The notes beneath the pieces are model-generated. The model did no database searches, had not been told where the DNA came from, and was given only the letters and a program-made list of their open reading frames with translations. From the NCBI GenBank assembly GCA_044892505.1, contig CM097883.1, forward strand, positions 380,060,564 through 380,124,000: 63,437 nt of DNA, given 5' to 3'. This document shows, one piece after another, positions 45,336-58,612 of this stretch. The DNA is from Schmidtea nova (Eukaryota). The position numbers and the translations under genes are program-made. Each line of letters begins with the position of its first letter. Position 1 is the stretch's first letter.

Positions 45336-48125
45336 TAGGGTTCGGAATCCCGGGATCCCGCAATTTTTAGCAATCCCGGGATCGAGCACTTGATCCCGGG
45401 ATTTGACTTTTTAAGCCTAAAAGGAAAAATACCTTACAGTTTCCTTAAAAATTCTTTAAAACAATCGTTTTTGGTTGAACATTTTCAAATTTAAATTTTT
45501 TCGGTTGAGATTTGAATTTTGTCATATAGAAAATACTTGGAATTTTTTTTGCATTCATATTCTTAAAATATATAAATTTTAAAAATCGAAATTCTTGGAA
45601 CTTTTTTTTTTCAATATTCAATTTGTAATAATATTCTTAAAATTTTTTGTTGGCGCTCAGACGTAATTAGTATATAATTGTTTTCACGTGTTATTGTTTT
45701 TAATTATTTTAAAGTGTAGATTTAATTAAATTATCATTCGCACTATTTGAACAACAAATTTTAAAAATATAATGGCTTCTTACATAGACCATGAAAAGAA
45801 AAGTAATTCTGCTGTTTGGAAACATTTTTTACGAGAAGAAAAAGGACAGACAGCGATGTGTAAGTATACCGACTGCAAAAAAATTCTAAAAATTGGGGGT
45901 GGGTCAACGAAAGGTCTCCATACGCATCTACTTTCCGTCCATAAAATTAACATCACAACAGCTACTACTTCGGCTAACACATCAGATGAACCACCAACAA
46001 AAAAATCGAAAACGTTAACCAAGTATTTTCCGATGCTGGAACGAGAAGAAAAATCACTTCCTGCTACACTTGCAAGGTTAACCGCACTTGATGGGATTTC
46101 ATTTAACTTTATATGCCGTTCTTCTGATTTACGTGCAGGTCTTATAGCAACAGGATTCAAAAGTTTACCTACAACAGTCAACACAGTGCGCAAAATAGTT
46201 GTAGATTACAACAAAAAAATTAAGAATTCATTAATTACGGAAATAAATGGCAAAAAAACCCACAATTCGGTGTTGGTGAGAGATTTTCTTTATCGTTTGA
46301 TGAATGGACATCACTACGTAACCGTCGTTACATGAATATTAATTTACATGCTCAAAATTGTCAGTTCTGGAGCTTAGGCTTAATTCGAATAACAGGATCA
46401 ATGCCTGCAGATAAATGTATTGAGCTCCTAGAACAAAAGCTCGCAGAATATGGACTTGATTTGCGAAAAGATATCGTCGGAATTATGACTGACGGAGCAA
46501 GTGTAATGAAAGAAGTTGGGAGATTATTACCTGTAAATCAACAATTATGTTTTGCCCATGGTGTGCAACTGGCCGTAATTGAAGTACTATATCAAAAGCA
46601 AAATATAGAAACAGATCAGCAATTCGACGAAGACGAACAATCAGAAGTAGAACACGATTTTTCGGAGAGTAACGACGATGAAATTTTTTCTGACAACGAA
46701 GAATTGGTTGATCTCGATTCTGGTCATAGGCATGGAGGAAACCAAAGTGATGTTACTGAGATAAATTCCGCTCCAGTGATCAAAAAGGTACGAAAATTGA
46801 TAGTAATGTTCAGACGATCGCCAACAAAAAACGATATCTTGCAGAAATATGTTGCGGCTGAATTTGGGAAGCAAATAACTCTAATAAAAGATTGCAAGAC
46901 TAAGTGGAACAGCCTTTTGTCAATGCTTGAACGTATCTATTTATTAAAAAATTGTATTCAAAAGGCATTGATAGACATAAGTCTACCTGAAGGTGAATCA
47001 TTTGCTTTATCTAATGATGAGCTTAAAATGATATCTTCTATCATTAGTGCTCTAGTACCAGTAAAAGCAACAGTCGAGGCCCTTTGTCGTCGGGATGCTA
47101 GTCTGTTCACAGCCGATGTTGCTATAACTTTTATGTTAAAAAAACTTAAAGATTCTAACAACGTTATATGTCAAAAATTGCATTCAGCTCTCATTCTTCG
47201 CATGCAACAAAGGCGGACAGATATCAGTGGTGTACTTCAGTATTTACATAATGGTAGGACAAACGTTCAGTCCGAATCTGAAATAGCGCTCGTAACAGTT
47301 CCATCTGCCGTAAAATGTCGCAAAATAATAGTTGAGTTACTCGAAAGATTAGATGCTGCAAATTCAGCTACAGCACTAACAGCTCATGAGTCCGAAGTTG
47401 AATCTTCTGTTTCAAATGAGGCACCTATCGAAATTGTTTCAGATTCTTCTGATTCTCCATCTGAATCTCTTTCCTTTTCTCTTGAACAACCTTTAACTAT
47501 TGCAGACGAGCTCAATAAAGCTATAAAACAAGCACATTTTCCGAGGATACCAATTCGATGTGAGATGCTGTCAGCGAAAATTCAAAAGGAAATGGTATTG
47601 TTTGAAAATGGAGGAACACGTGGTGATTTTTTGCAAAGAGCGTATGATTTTCTAATGACAATCAAACCAAGCAGTGTAGAGTCCGAACGTGCCTTTTCTG
47701 CGGCCGGACTTTTTGAAACGAAAATAAGAAGTCGTATGGGCGATGAAACTTTGGATGCACTATGCTTTCTTAAAAGTTATCTGATGTATGAATTTGATGT
47801 ATAATATTATAAAAACATTTATTTTCTTTATAATTTAATAAACTATTTTTTATAAACTTATTTTTGAATGTGTCATTTTTTTTAAATACCTGTTCTTGAA
47901 ATATATTAACGGCATTTTTAAATACCTGTTCTTGAAATATATTAACATATTATTTTAACAAAATTAATCTCTTTCTTTTTCTATTAATTTGGTTAAAATA
48001 GTATGTTAATATATTTCAAGAACATGTATTTAAAAATCCCGGGACTAATCCCGGGATCCCGGGATTAGGAAAATGCAATCCCGAAATCCCGGGATTGAAA
48101 ATATAGCACGGGATTGCCAACCCTA
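45336..48125 (+). mobile_element. hAT DNA transposon 2 (no TSD)
   Basis: TIR TAGGGTTCGGAATCCCG / CGGGATTGCCAACCCTA. The flanking 8-mers CTCTACAG and ATAATTGA do not match. Confidence 0.92.
45772..47804 (+). pseudogene. hAT transposase, one frameshift at about 46250-46280
   Basis: BED finger VWKHF..C..C..STKGLHTHL..H; shifted-frame RFSLSFDEWTS; MTDGA; CFAH; TKWNS; SVESERAFS. Clear paralog of 26701-28811. Confidence 0.92.
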
Positions 48126-48767
48126 ATAATTGATATAAATAAATTTATAAAGATAGACAAATTTATTTAATCTACATAATCACCATATATTGAATACATT
48201 TTATTATTTTCACAAGCTCTTTCCAGGCAGTACTGTAACATCTGGAATCAGTAAAACATTTCCCAATTTATAGCAATGTATAAAAACTAATCGCAAAATA
48301 ATTAATAAAAAATCGTCATTATGATGCGAAAATTCGCCTATAAATATTTTTAACAGTAGACTGGAAAAAAGACATATTACGTAATCGATAAGTCATGGCC
48401 AATCAAGATCAAGTATACCCCCGAGGGGTACTTTTTTTGCGACCCCCCATAATTTTTTTTGCGAACCCCCCCATAAAATGTTTTTTACACACACACAAGC
48501 GATGAGTCATAAAAAATTATTTTTAATTTTTAAGGACATTTTAAGGACAAATTATGAGGTCAACTTAAGTTTAAATAATGAGGTCAACTTAAGGTCAACG
48601 TGAGGTCAAATAATGAGGTCACATTAGGGTCAAATTCATAATTTTTAAGGTCAAACTTTTAAAACTTTTTCAAAAATTCAAAAATTTTCAAAAACTCAAG
48701 AATTGATTACAACATTTATTAATAATACATTAAAGATATATTAAGCGATTCTAGCGCTATTGATTTT

Positions 48768-49148
48768 CTAAATCGGAGACACTGCTTCTTTTGGATCTAC
48801 TTTATATCCTTGAATCGATATATCAATAAACCAATTTTCATTGTCCATAAACTGAATGGATTGAAATGTGTCATGGAAGTAAGTTTTCTTGTTGTTGATA
48901 CATATTGTTTCACCTCAAGATAATTTCTTGTTGATTTTCATCAACACTTTATTGATTGCAACAACATCTTCTTTATAAAGCTGACCAATTAAATTTGAAT
49001 ATTGCGAAGTCGACAGCTTTACCGGATTTGGGACCTTGAAAAAGATTTCATTTACCAAGAAAAATATTTGGTAATCGTGAAGGATCTGAACAGGTCGTAA
49101 AACAAATTTGTTTTGAATTGATTTGGTATCGTTCTTAACTGGTTTCAT
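48768..49148 (-). pseudogene. Orphan family A copy in the left TIR arm, with a premature stop
   Basis: Mirror of 62249-62629; a TGC codon is replaced by TGA at about 48915. Confidence 0.75.
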
Positions 49149-50202
49149 TTTAACTGAATCTTTAATTGGACTCGATTTGCTGAAAAGATTTTACATTTTA
49201 TATGAAATTATTGTAAGTTTATATCATTATTATTGGTTTTATTGCACTTGTGATGTTTTGAACTTTTGTTGTATTAGACCTTTGTTGTTTTTTGTTGATA
49301 TTATTATTATTATCATCATTATTATTATTATTACTAGTATGGATATATTTCTTTTTATTATTGTTTTCTTAAGTATTATTATTATTATTATTATTAATCT
49401 TTTACAAAGTATTATTATTATTATGATTATGATTATGATTATTATTATTATTTTCTTAAGTATTATTATTACTATTTTTCAAAGTTTTATTATAATTATA
49501 ATTATTACTATTATTATTAATATTTCTACTATTAATATTATTATATTTCTACTATAATTAATATTTTCAAAAGAAATATTGATCTTATTTTTTAAGTATT
49601 ATTATTATTAACTAAGTAATTGTAAGGTGCCTAAGGCGCACGTTGACAAATCATAAAATAAACGAACAATTTGATGTACGAAATTTTATTAAAAAATTTT
49701 TTTTTTATTTTTAAGCAATTGAAAATTATTTCTGTTATATATATGGAATGGCAAAAAAATTGTTTTTATTGAAGAACGTCTTGTAAAACTACATTCCGTG
49801 TGAATTGTCTTTGATCATTCAATAAATTTCCCTGCTGTAGATTCGATTCAATAAGCACCTTCACTTGACTTGCAACTCTTGATTAATTTTTAATTTTTAT
49901 TTTGTAAAATAAACTTAGAAAGCGCTGTTTAAAACTTGTTAATCGTGTAAAAAATCTATGTTAGTATTAGTAGTTCAAAAAAAATTATGATAGTGTTAGA
50001 ATCAAGCAATCCGCGAGCGTTATAGAATCAGTGAAACAGCGAATCAGTGAATCAGTGATGAGCGTAATTATATATTAGATTATTAATACTACTAATATTT
50101 ATATATTTCTTATTATTACAGTGATGTTCAATAATTAACCTTGTTTAAATATTATCAAGTTGGCACTGTTTTAAAAATATATATTTAATTTGTTAAATTG
50201 TT

Positions 50203-51420
50203 ATGAATTATGAAGAGATTGTAACTGGCGACCACGCCGAAAAAATCGAGCCGATTCACGCGGTGACAAGAAATCAGCATAGAAAGATGATTATGGAATC
50301 TTTGCCTAAACAGGCAAAAGACATTTTGAATTTTAATGTCAGAAGATTCGACGGCCGAAGCACGGTAGAAGCAGAGAAATGGCTCAAGGATATTGAAGAT
50401 TGGATGCTACTAAATGATCTAAATTTAGTAAGTATTTTTGATTTATTATTGTCTGAAGAGGCATCTATTCTCTGGAAAGAATTTAAGGACATCGCCATAT
50501 CGAATGAAAAAGCTCGTGAATGGTTTAATGAAACATTTACCAAAAAGAAGTCTATTATGGATAAGATTTGTGACTTATCAGCAGTGAAACAAAATAAAGA
50601 TGAAAGATTTATTACATTCGAGATACGAGTAAAGAAACTTGTTGACGAAGTTTTTGACTGTGGAATTTCAAAAGAAAATATTGTTAAAATGATTTTGTGC
50701 AGCAGAGTTCGAAACGGCCGTTTGAAAGAAAATATTTCAACGAAGGCTAATATCACGAGGGAAGAAATTAGAAATTTAGCAAAAGTATATGAGGCACAAG
50801 AAGGCTACGATGCAAAAGAACGATTTGAAGAAGTTCAGGCAGTAGTGAAATCAACCTATGCAAACGTTGCTCAAGATAAACAGAAGCAATGGACTAAAAA
50901 AACATCTTTAAATAATAGAATGTATTCGAGTCGTCAACCAGAAATAAGTTATCAAAATAGAAATGAAAGAAACGAAAGACAAATTGATAGAGTGAAACCC
51001 GTGGTAGAACAATATAATGAGAGGACAACTATGGATCGTAGACCACCACCGTTAGTTTCAATGAAACATATCGCAAGAAAAGTTTATAATAGATGTTGTG
51101 GTCTACCTGAGCCAGCAGAAGAAAGGTTAAGATGTGGTCAATGCTATTGTTGTGGACAAAGTGACCATATGCGATTTGAGTGTCCTTTGAAGGACAAATG
51201 CTTAATATGCGGTAAAGAAGGTCATTCATTTAGAAATTGCAATTTGTTAGTGAAATCAAGAAGCAATACACAAAGACTGGAACGAAGAGTGTACTGTATA
51301 CACGAAGAAGACGATGACAGATCAGAGGAATTGATAGCCCCAGTCATACATAATGTTGAGACTCAAAAAAACCAAGAAGACCCTGTTGTCTACATTTCGT
51401 CAGTAGGGTCGAGACAGTAG
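50203..51420 (+). CDS. gag: Gag with two CCHC zinc knuckles
   Basis: CYCCGQSDHMRFEC and CLICGKEGHSFRNC. Slippery A AAA AAC at 51366-51372, with pol open in the -1 frame. Confidence 0.9.
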   Translation: MNYEEIVTGDHAEKIEPIHAVTRNQHRKMIMESLPKQAKDILNFNVRRFDGRSTVEAEKWLKDIEDWMLLNDLNLVSIFDLLLSEEASILWKEFKDIAISNEKAREWFNETFTKKKSIMDKICDLSAVKQNKDERFITFEIRVKKLVDEVFDCGISKENIVKMILCSRVRNGRLKENISTKANITREEIRNLAKVYEAQEGYDAKERFEEVQAVVKSTYANVAQDKQKQWTKKTSLNNRMYSSRQPEISYQNRNERNERQIDRVKPVVEQYNERTTMDRRPPPLVSMKHIARKVYNRCCGLPEPAEERLRCGQCYCCGQSDHMRFECPLKDKCLICGKEGHSFRNCNLLVKSRSNTQRLERRVYCIHEEDDDRSEELIAPVIHNVETQKNQEDPVVYISSVGSRQ

Positions 51421-54400
51421 ATGAGTATAAAAAACGAAATGTTGTAAAGAAGGATGTGATGTTTAAGAAGGATGATGACAGAAAGTGGAGTACGATTGAA
51501 ATAAATGAATTTTATGTAGAAATGCTATGGGATTCAGGAGCTTCAATCAGTGTGATGAGTGAGAAATGTTGGAGATTAATTGGCAGTCCAAAATTGATGG
51601 AAAGCAGAATACGGTTGAGTGGAGTATTTTCAAAAGAAGATGAGAAACCTCTTGGAAGCGTTAAAATCGTTGCAAAATGGAATAACAAATGTCGAGAATT
51701 GGATGTTATTATTGTCAGAAAAATTCATCCAGATTTTATAGGAGGTGTAGACACCATGAGAATATTTGGCTTGGAGCTTAAAGAAGTCAATAATATAGAT
51801 GCATCGTTAATTACCCAGAAATTTACAGATTCTGATCGTTTAGAGTTTGCTTTATCGACGCTCAAGTTGGACAAGAATTTGAAGTTGGGTACTTTAATAT
51901 CTAGGTTTAGCAACATTTTTATGGCATCCAGATTTGACTTAGGTCATACAAAAGTAATAACACATGAAATAACGACTTCGGGTCCTCCAATTTTACAAAA
52001 TCCAAGAAGACAACCCATGCATTTAGAAGTCAAAATTGAAGAGTTAATACAGAATTTATTAGAAGCTGGAGTTGTGAGAAAATGTCAGAGTCCATGGAAC
52101 ACACCACTAGTAATAGTTGGAAAACCGGATGGCTCTATAAGAATGTGTCTAGATTTTAGGCTATTAAATTCAGTTACAGAAAAGTTTTCATTCCCGATGC
52201 CAGACATGCAGTTATTATTGGATTGTCTCGGTAAATCAAAGATATTTTCATCAATTGATTTAGGTCAAGCTTATTATCAGGTAGAGTTGCATGAAAATTC
52301 CCAAACCAAGACGGCATTTAGTACAAAAGAGGGACAATTCTGTTTTAACAGGTTACCATTTGGTTTATCAACAGCTCCGGCCACTTTTCAGAAACTGATG
52401 CATAAGATATTGGAAGGATTAATTTTCAAAGGAGTGGTTGTCTATCTTGATGACATTTTAATATATGCTGAAAATCAGGAAACTCATGATAAACTTCTAC
52501 TTGAAGTATTCACACGCATTAGAGATGCCGGCTTGAAAGTTAATCCCGAGAAATGCGCGTTCCATAAAAGCGTATTAAATTTCATTGGTCATACAGTGAG
52601 TGAAAAGGGAATTCAAACAAACAAAAGAAAGATTTCAGAAATTGAAAATGCAACTGAACCGAAGAGTGTTACAGAATTGAGGTCATTCTTAGGTTTAACT
52701 AATTATTATCGGCGGTTTATCAAAAATCATTCAATGATAGCAGCACCTTTGTATGCCGCAACAACAGGAAACGATAAAATTATTGTTTGGACTGAAGAAT
52801 GTAGAAAAAGTTTTATCAATTTAAAGAAACTCTTGTGTGAAGCACCAATATTAGAATTTCCAAGGGCAGATCGACTATTTATTCTTGATACGGATGCTAG
52901 TTTTGGAGCCATAGGTGCAGTTTTATCTCAGATTAAGGAAGATGGTACTGAGGGAGTAATAGCGTATGGTTCAAGACATTTGACAACACATGAAATGGGA
53001 TATTGTGTTACTAGAAAAGAGTTGTTGGCACTTCACGAGTTTATTGTACATTTCAAGCAATATTTATATGGAAGAAAATTTATAGCCAGAACGGATCACA
53101 AGGCATTGACGTTTATGAACACGACAAAGAAACCAATAAGTCCGCAGTTTCAGACATGGATGGCAAATTTATCTGAATACGATTTTGAGTTACGATATAG
53201 GAAGGGAGAAGAACATGGAAATGCAGATGGTATGTCTCGTTTAAATAATGCCATATGCGCTCATTGTCAGATGAAACACAAGGATGCTAAAGAGGCAAAA
53301 TGTAGAACTCGGTACATTAATAGTCTACAAGGAAGTTCAAATATTATGAAAATTATTAAACAGAAGCAAAACGAAGACAAAATTATTTCAGAAATCATAT
53401 CACATCTTAATGGAAATGAGGCTCATATATCTTATGAAACAATCAGTAGCAGTATATTCAAGTATCTAAAAATATTACAGATACAAGATGACATATTGAT
53501 GACTAATGCAGATGGAAAACTTGCAGTTGTAGTACCTGACAAGTACGTAAAAACATTGGTAAATTATTTTCATATTGAACTGTGCCATCTGGGTATCAAG
53601 AAAACTTTATTTTATTTAAAAGACTTTTCTTTTGGCCATCGATGAATCAAAGTATTACGGAATGTATTAATAAATGCAAGATTTGTGCTAGTAGAAAGAT
53701 TGATCAAGGAAGAACAAAGGAAATTTTATTGCCAAGAACAGGAGAACGGTTTTTAGAACAGATAGTAGTGGATATTGCATATATGGAGACAAAAGCAAGT
53801 AAGAAATATATGATAGTGATAATAGATCGTTTTAGTAAATTGGTCAGCTTATCAGCAACAAGTACGCAGGATGAATCAACAATTTTGAATGTCATTTTAA
53901 ATAATTGGATATATCGTTTTGGTAGACCAGAAAGCATTCTTACAGATAGAGGAAGAATTTTTGAAGGATCGATGTTTCGTGATTGGATGGAGAAATTTGG
54001 TATAAAACAAGAATTCAGTTCACCATATCAACATCAATCAAATGGTTTAGCAGAACGAATCATAAGAACAGTTCGGGACATGTTGGCAACATCATTGACA
54101 GAGATTAGAACAGAAAATAATTGGTGCAGATTGTTACCGAAGATTGAATTTAGTTTGAATGCTACAATACAAAACTCAACAAATTTCTCACCTTTTGAAA
54201 TTGTATATGGTCGGAAGATTAATTTATATTCTAGATTAGGACATATACAAAAAAAGCAAAGAAGAAATCGTGGATAAAACAAAAACTAATCTAGAGAAAG
54301 CAGCTACAACAATGCAAAATAGAGATTTAGAACACCGGGGAACTCGAGTTTTCACGGTGGGAGAGAAAGTATTAGTTCGCTTGGAACCACATAGACGAAA

Positions 54401-54557
54401 GAAGGAGGGAATCCAATATGAAGGACCTTACAAAATTTTAAAATTCTTATCACCAAGACAAGTTGAATTACAATTTCCAAACTCAATCAAATCAAGAAGA
54501 ATTGAATGGCTGAAGAGATTCAAAGAAAATGAAGAGGAGGAGAGTGATGTTCAATAA
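51365..54557 (+). pseudogene. pol: Pol (PR-RT-RH-IN) broken by two frameshifts (about 53620 and 54250)
   Basis: Protease LWDSGA; RT YLDD; RNase H TDAS..E..TDH; integrase CKIC, VDI, TDRG, NGLAER; C-terminal YEGPY (GPY/F). Confidence 0.93.
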
Positions 54558-55974
54558 TTAACCTTGTTTAAATATTATCAAGTTGGCACTGTTTTAAAAA
54601 TATATATTTAATTTGTTAAATTGTTATGAATTATGAAGAGATTGTAACTATTACTATTACTATTACTATTTTTCTGAGTATTATTATTAGTATTATTATT
54701 AATACTAATATTGATATATTTCTTTTTTAATACTATTTTTTACTATAATTACTATTTTGCAACGTATTATTATTGATATTATTATTATTTTTCAAAGTAT
54801 TATTGATATTATTACTGATATTATTAATCTTTTACAAAGTATTATTGATATTATTATTATTATTTTCTTAACTATTATTACTAATATTGATATATTGATA
54901 TTATTATTATTATTAATATTATTATTATTATTATTATTACTAATATTGATATATTTCTCTTTTAATATTATTTTTATTACTATTTTTAAANNNNNNNNNN
55001 NNNNNNNNNNNNNNNNNNNNNNNNNNNNNNNNNNNNNNNNNNNNNNNNNNNNNNNNNNNNNNNNNNNNNNNNNNNNNNNNNNNNNNNNNNNNNNNNNNNN
55101 NNNNNNNNNNNNNNNNNNNNNNNNNNNNNNNNNNNNNNNNNNNNNNNNNNNNTTGTTAATTCTAAAGTTAAATCTAAATTTAAAATTAATACCTACGATT
55201 TTGTATATTATCAGTTCTTGTATAGAACAATGTTCTTGTATAGAATAATTTTTCTATGTAAAACAAGGTTTTTTTGTAAAAATATTTTCTCATATAGAAA
55301 ATTAATGTTATTCTATCAGAACCAGGTAAGTCAACGCAATTATTTAACATGTTTAAATCGCATGTTTTTTATGAAAGTTTAGCTGGTGGGGTCGTAAATA
55401 CTATTTCTTTTATTTTGTGTTGTTGGTCGTATTGCTTTTTTAAATTTAAACAAAATCTCAGCCTTCTACTTCATTTCATTCATTTACCTCTTACTTTTGC
55501 TCTGTTTCCTTTCTAGGGTCGCAATACGCACATAAAAAGCATACTGTCGATGTACCCATAGATTTCCTTACTAATCCACGTTGGTAATGTACATAACAGC
55601 CGATCGCAAGCCAGGTGAGATCCTTTACAAGAACTACTCCTGACTTGTCGCATCGTTCGGGTTCTACTTGACCGATAGAAGGTCTCATTCCTCTTATTCC
55701 TTCACCCAGTCGCAGGTCTCTAATTTGGGTGAATTAACACTCTAGTCGGTTCTATTTTCTTTCTGTTAGTAGTTTAATACTCCGGCTTTGTCTTTCGTTC
55801 AATTTATCATTAATATCCCTTCAGTTAATTATAACAAATTCCAAACGATTTATTATACATTTATTTAATTAACACACAAAACGACATTTATTGTTCGTCA
55901 TCACGCAAGCTTCCTGTCTCAATGTTCTTTAGCACCAATATTGATGAAGAGTTATTCTTCTCGTTGGCGAGTTT

Positions 55975-56340
55975 CTATTTCAGTTGTCGTCGTCTCTGTG
56001 CATGTGATTTTCGACAATTTCGGGGTCTTTGCTCCTGCGATCCTTTCGTTAGTCCCGTTTTCGTCTTCTCATCAGGCAATCTGGGAAACCAATTTTCGAG
56101 AGTTATTGGTCTGATCTGGTCTCGTAGTTGTACGGTCACAAAATTCTCGGTAATCATGCGCCGACAGTTTTTCACTTCTAACCGGGTCGCTTTTATCTCG
56201 ATCCGCTGCTCGTCGATCGTCGTTCGTGCTCGTTGTAATGTTTCCTGAACTCTCTTCATCTCCACAGGATGAAAGTAGCTCTGTTCTAATTTAATTATAC
56301 GACGTTTTAACTTTCCCATCGTTTCTTGTTCAGACGTCAT
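55975..56340 (-). CDS. Orphan family C protein (121 aa)
   Basis: IIKLEQSYFHPVEMK..IEIKATRLEVKNC..QIRPITLENW aligns with ISNLKKSWFSPEQMK..MELDATKMELKKC..LIRPITYQHW of 31731-32336. Confidence 0.7.
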   Translation of the reverse strand: MTSEQETMGKLKRRIIKLEQSYFHPVEMKRVQETLQRARTTIDEQRIEIKATRLEVKNCRRMITENFVTVQLRDQIRPITLENWFPRLPDEKTKTGLTKGSQEQRPRNCRKSHAQRRRQLK

Positions 56341-56615
56341 GGCTTTCTTAAGGAAATTTATGATATTAGTGGAAATTTGAGTTATCGATTCGCCTCATGA
56401 ACTAAATCCTTCATCTTTACGCTATTTCTACTCTCTGGTTGTCCTCTCTACTCACCACTCTATCGTCCTCATTAACGTGAACCTGTTAGTATTTTAATAT
56501 TCCCGGTTACATATGACTACTTAGGTTAAAAAGATGAACGCAACACATGCAACGAAATGAACACGGGCTTAGTATATTTTTAACTACAACACTTTACACA
56601 AACTGCAGGTGGTGA

Positions 56616-57143
56616 TCAACATAAGTCAATAAATTCGATGACATCTTTTTCATAATCCATCTCACTAACTCTTGTGGGACTTGTAGGCGAATCGGAGGGG
56701 TCATCAGCGGAAGGAGGGCCTAGCACGAACCGGCCGAGGCTCCAGAAAGTCCTCGACTGGAATTGTTCCCGTTTAGTAGATGTTGAATCGCCCGGGAATC
56801 TCGGTAGGCGATTGACGAAATAATTCGGTAGATCCGCTGGGTAATCTTTATCCACATCAACTGGCCATGCTCGACTACCATGCCATGTGATGATATCAGG
56901 GCTGTCCCTATGCAAACTGAAGGGAGGCTCCCTGCCCTTCTCTAGGAAAGAAATTCTATGTTCGTCGACGATCTGCTGCGCCAGATACGTCGGAATGTCC
57001 TTCAGTGGGAGAGCCCATATAAGATAATTCTCCCTCACTCCCGATTTTCTTTCCTCCGATTCCTTCTCCGTCATACTATCGTCTACTTCTTTTAGGTAAA
57101 GACTCAATCGTTGCATGTCTAAACTAGATATGATAAATAACAT
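56616..57143 (-). CDS. Hypothetical protein (175 aa)
   Basis: Long ORF of normal composition in a GC-richer block; no recognisable domain. Confidence 0.5.
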   Translation of the reverse strand: MLFIISSLDMQRLSLYLKEVDDSMTEKESEERKSGVRENYLIWALPLKDIPTYLAQQIVDEHRISFLEKGREPPFSLHRDSPDIITWHGSRAWPVDVDKDYPADLPNYFVNRLPRFPGDSTSTKREQFQSRTFWSLGRFVLGPPSADDPSDSPTSPTRVSEMDYEKDVIEFIDLC

Positions 57144-58572
57144 TAAAAAATTTAGGAAACATTGGGGGAAGCGCCTCTCCAGAATATTTGCTATGTTATC
57201 GTGCCCAACGTGGTCTGAATGTTTTTGAAGTGAAGAGTCCTCTAACTCTTGTATTCTCAGGAATCGTGATAACTTGTTATTATAGGGTCAACTCACTTCC
57301 GGTAACTTCATTAACACTGCTATATTTTATTTATTTTCTCTTTTGGAATCGTCATTTATTATTCCGTTTATTTTAACTTTCGTCAATAGATTGAATGTAC
57401 GATTGCTGGTGATTCTATTACGGGTTGGTATAGTTCTACTTTAATGACAGTTCTTGTGCGGGCTTAATTCAACTGCCTAATCTTTAGTGACACTTTCCTC
57501 AAACTAAATAAAACTATTCGTCGACTTATCAGGCCTCTCCATTGTACTCGATGAAATTCATTCATACTTTCCCACAACAATTCTCCGCTCTCCTGGCATT
57601 AAGTGTATTCACTGCCACTTCACATATTCTGAAAATCGAGCTAAAACACCTGACAATTCCACACAAATCCCCACTCGCGTGGTCTTAAGTGTTTTTCACT
57701 GCAACTTCACGATTTCACAAAATTTCACTACACGTACTTGAAAAAATTGTCACTTGAGATTATGCCGCTAACCTACAGTGCGCTGTTTACTGGATATTTC
57801 ACATATTACTCAACTAGATGGGAACCCCAGGGTGAACAATTTTATCGATTTAATCAGACATTTTAGTCGAACCGGAGCAATGAGTACGATCTACCGGAAA
57901 ATATTTTATGTAATTATAACGCTAGTCGACGCACTTGGCCGATTTATTAGTGGGTTTAGAATAGTTTTCCGCTCTCTTTTACGTTTGGTGGGATTAATTG
58001 CCTAATTTGTAACTATCGAATAGTCGTATCCCTCTGACAATGGGTGGAAAAAGTCACTACTGGAAGTTCACTGGCAGTAAACCTTCCCGATTTTGTATGG
58101 ATTATTTTCATCATTTTTCAATTTATTATCCTACATTCTGCTTAACTCTCTGTTATTTACTACCCTGAAAACCTACATCGCACGGTTCTGACATTCACCA
58201 TATTACTTCAACATAAAAAGGTCTTATACGGAAATCCCCATCCTCGCCCCGTTCCCGAAGGCCCGAAACGAAGATGGAAACTCCCGGAGAGCCGACGAAT
58301 CCGAACTGACTGTCGAGACCATAGCATTATCTATATGCATGATATAAAACGAACGAGAACACATATGGTTATTATCATAAATTTTTCTTTAACAGTAATA
58401 CAAGTAACTTACAATTTACTTCCGAGGAAAAATGTTGGATTAGAACTTTGTCCTGCGAGTGTTGGTATGATAATAATGCAAATACGTGACTGGTCTAAAT
58501 TAGTGGTTTTTGCGTGTAGAAATGACATACACTCGTATAAATGACCTTAATTTGACTGTCCTGAGTGCCTCC

Positions 58573-58612
58573 TTATATAGTCAAATTGGCGCTCAGGTAG
58601 CCAATCAGAATC
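58573..58612 (-). promoter_or_regulatory. TATA + CCAAT promoter-like module
   Basis: CTATATAA on the minus strand with GCCAATCAGAATCG about 25 bp upstream. The same CCAAT word occurs at 5923 and 5977, and a related one at 33515. Confidence 0.45.

Larger units (their letters stand above)
50120..54649 (+). mobile_element. Ty3/gypsy LTR retrotransposon with 107-bp LTRs
   Basis: LTRs 50120-50226 and 54543-54649 (AGTGA...TAACT) read identical. 5-bp TSD ATTAC; PBS TGGCGACCACG at 50226; PPT GAAGAGGAGGAG before the 3' LTR. Confidence 0.95.

Noticed and set aside
49621-50119. Solo LTR with TGTAA...TTACA ends
   Set aside because: The final A belongs to the gypsy LTR according to the ATTAC TSD. The roughly 450-bp insert is absent from the mirror arm but remains unclassified.
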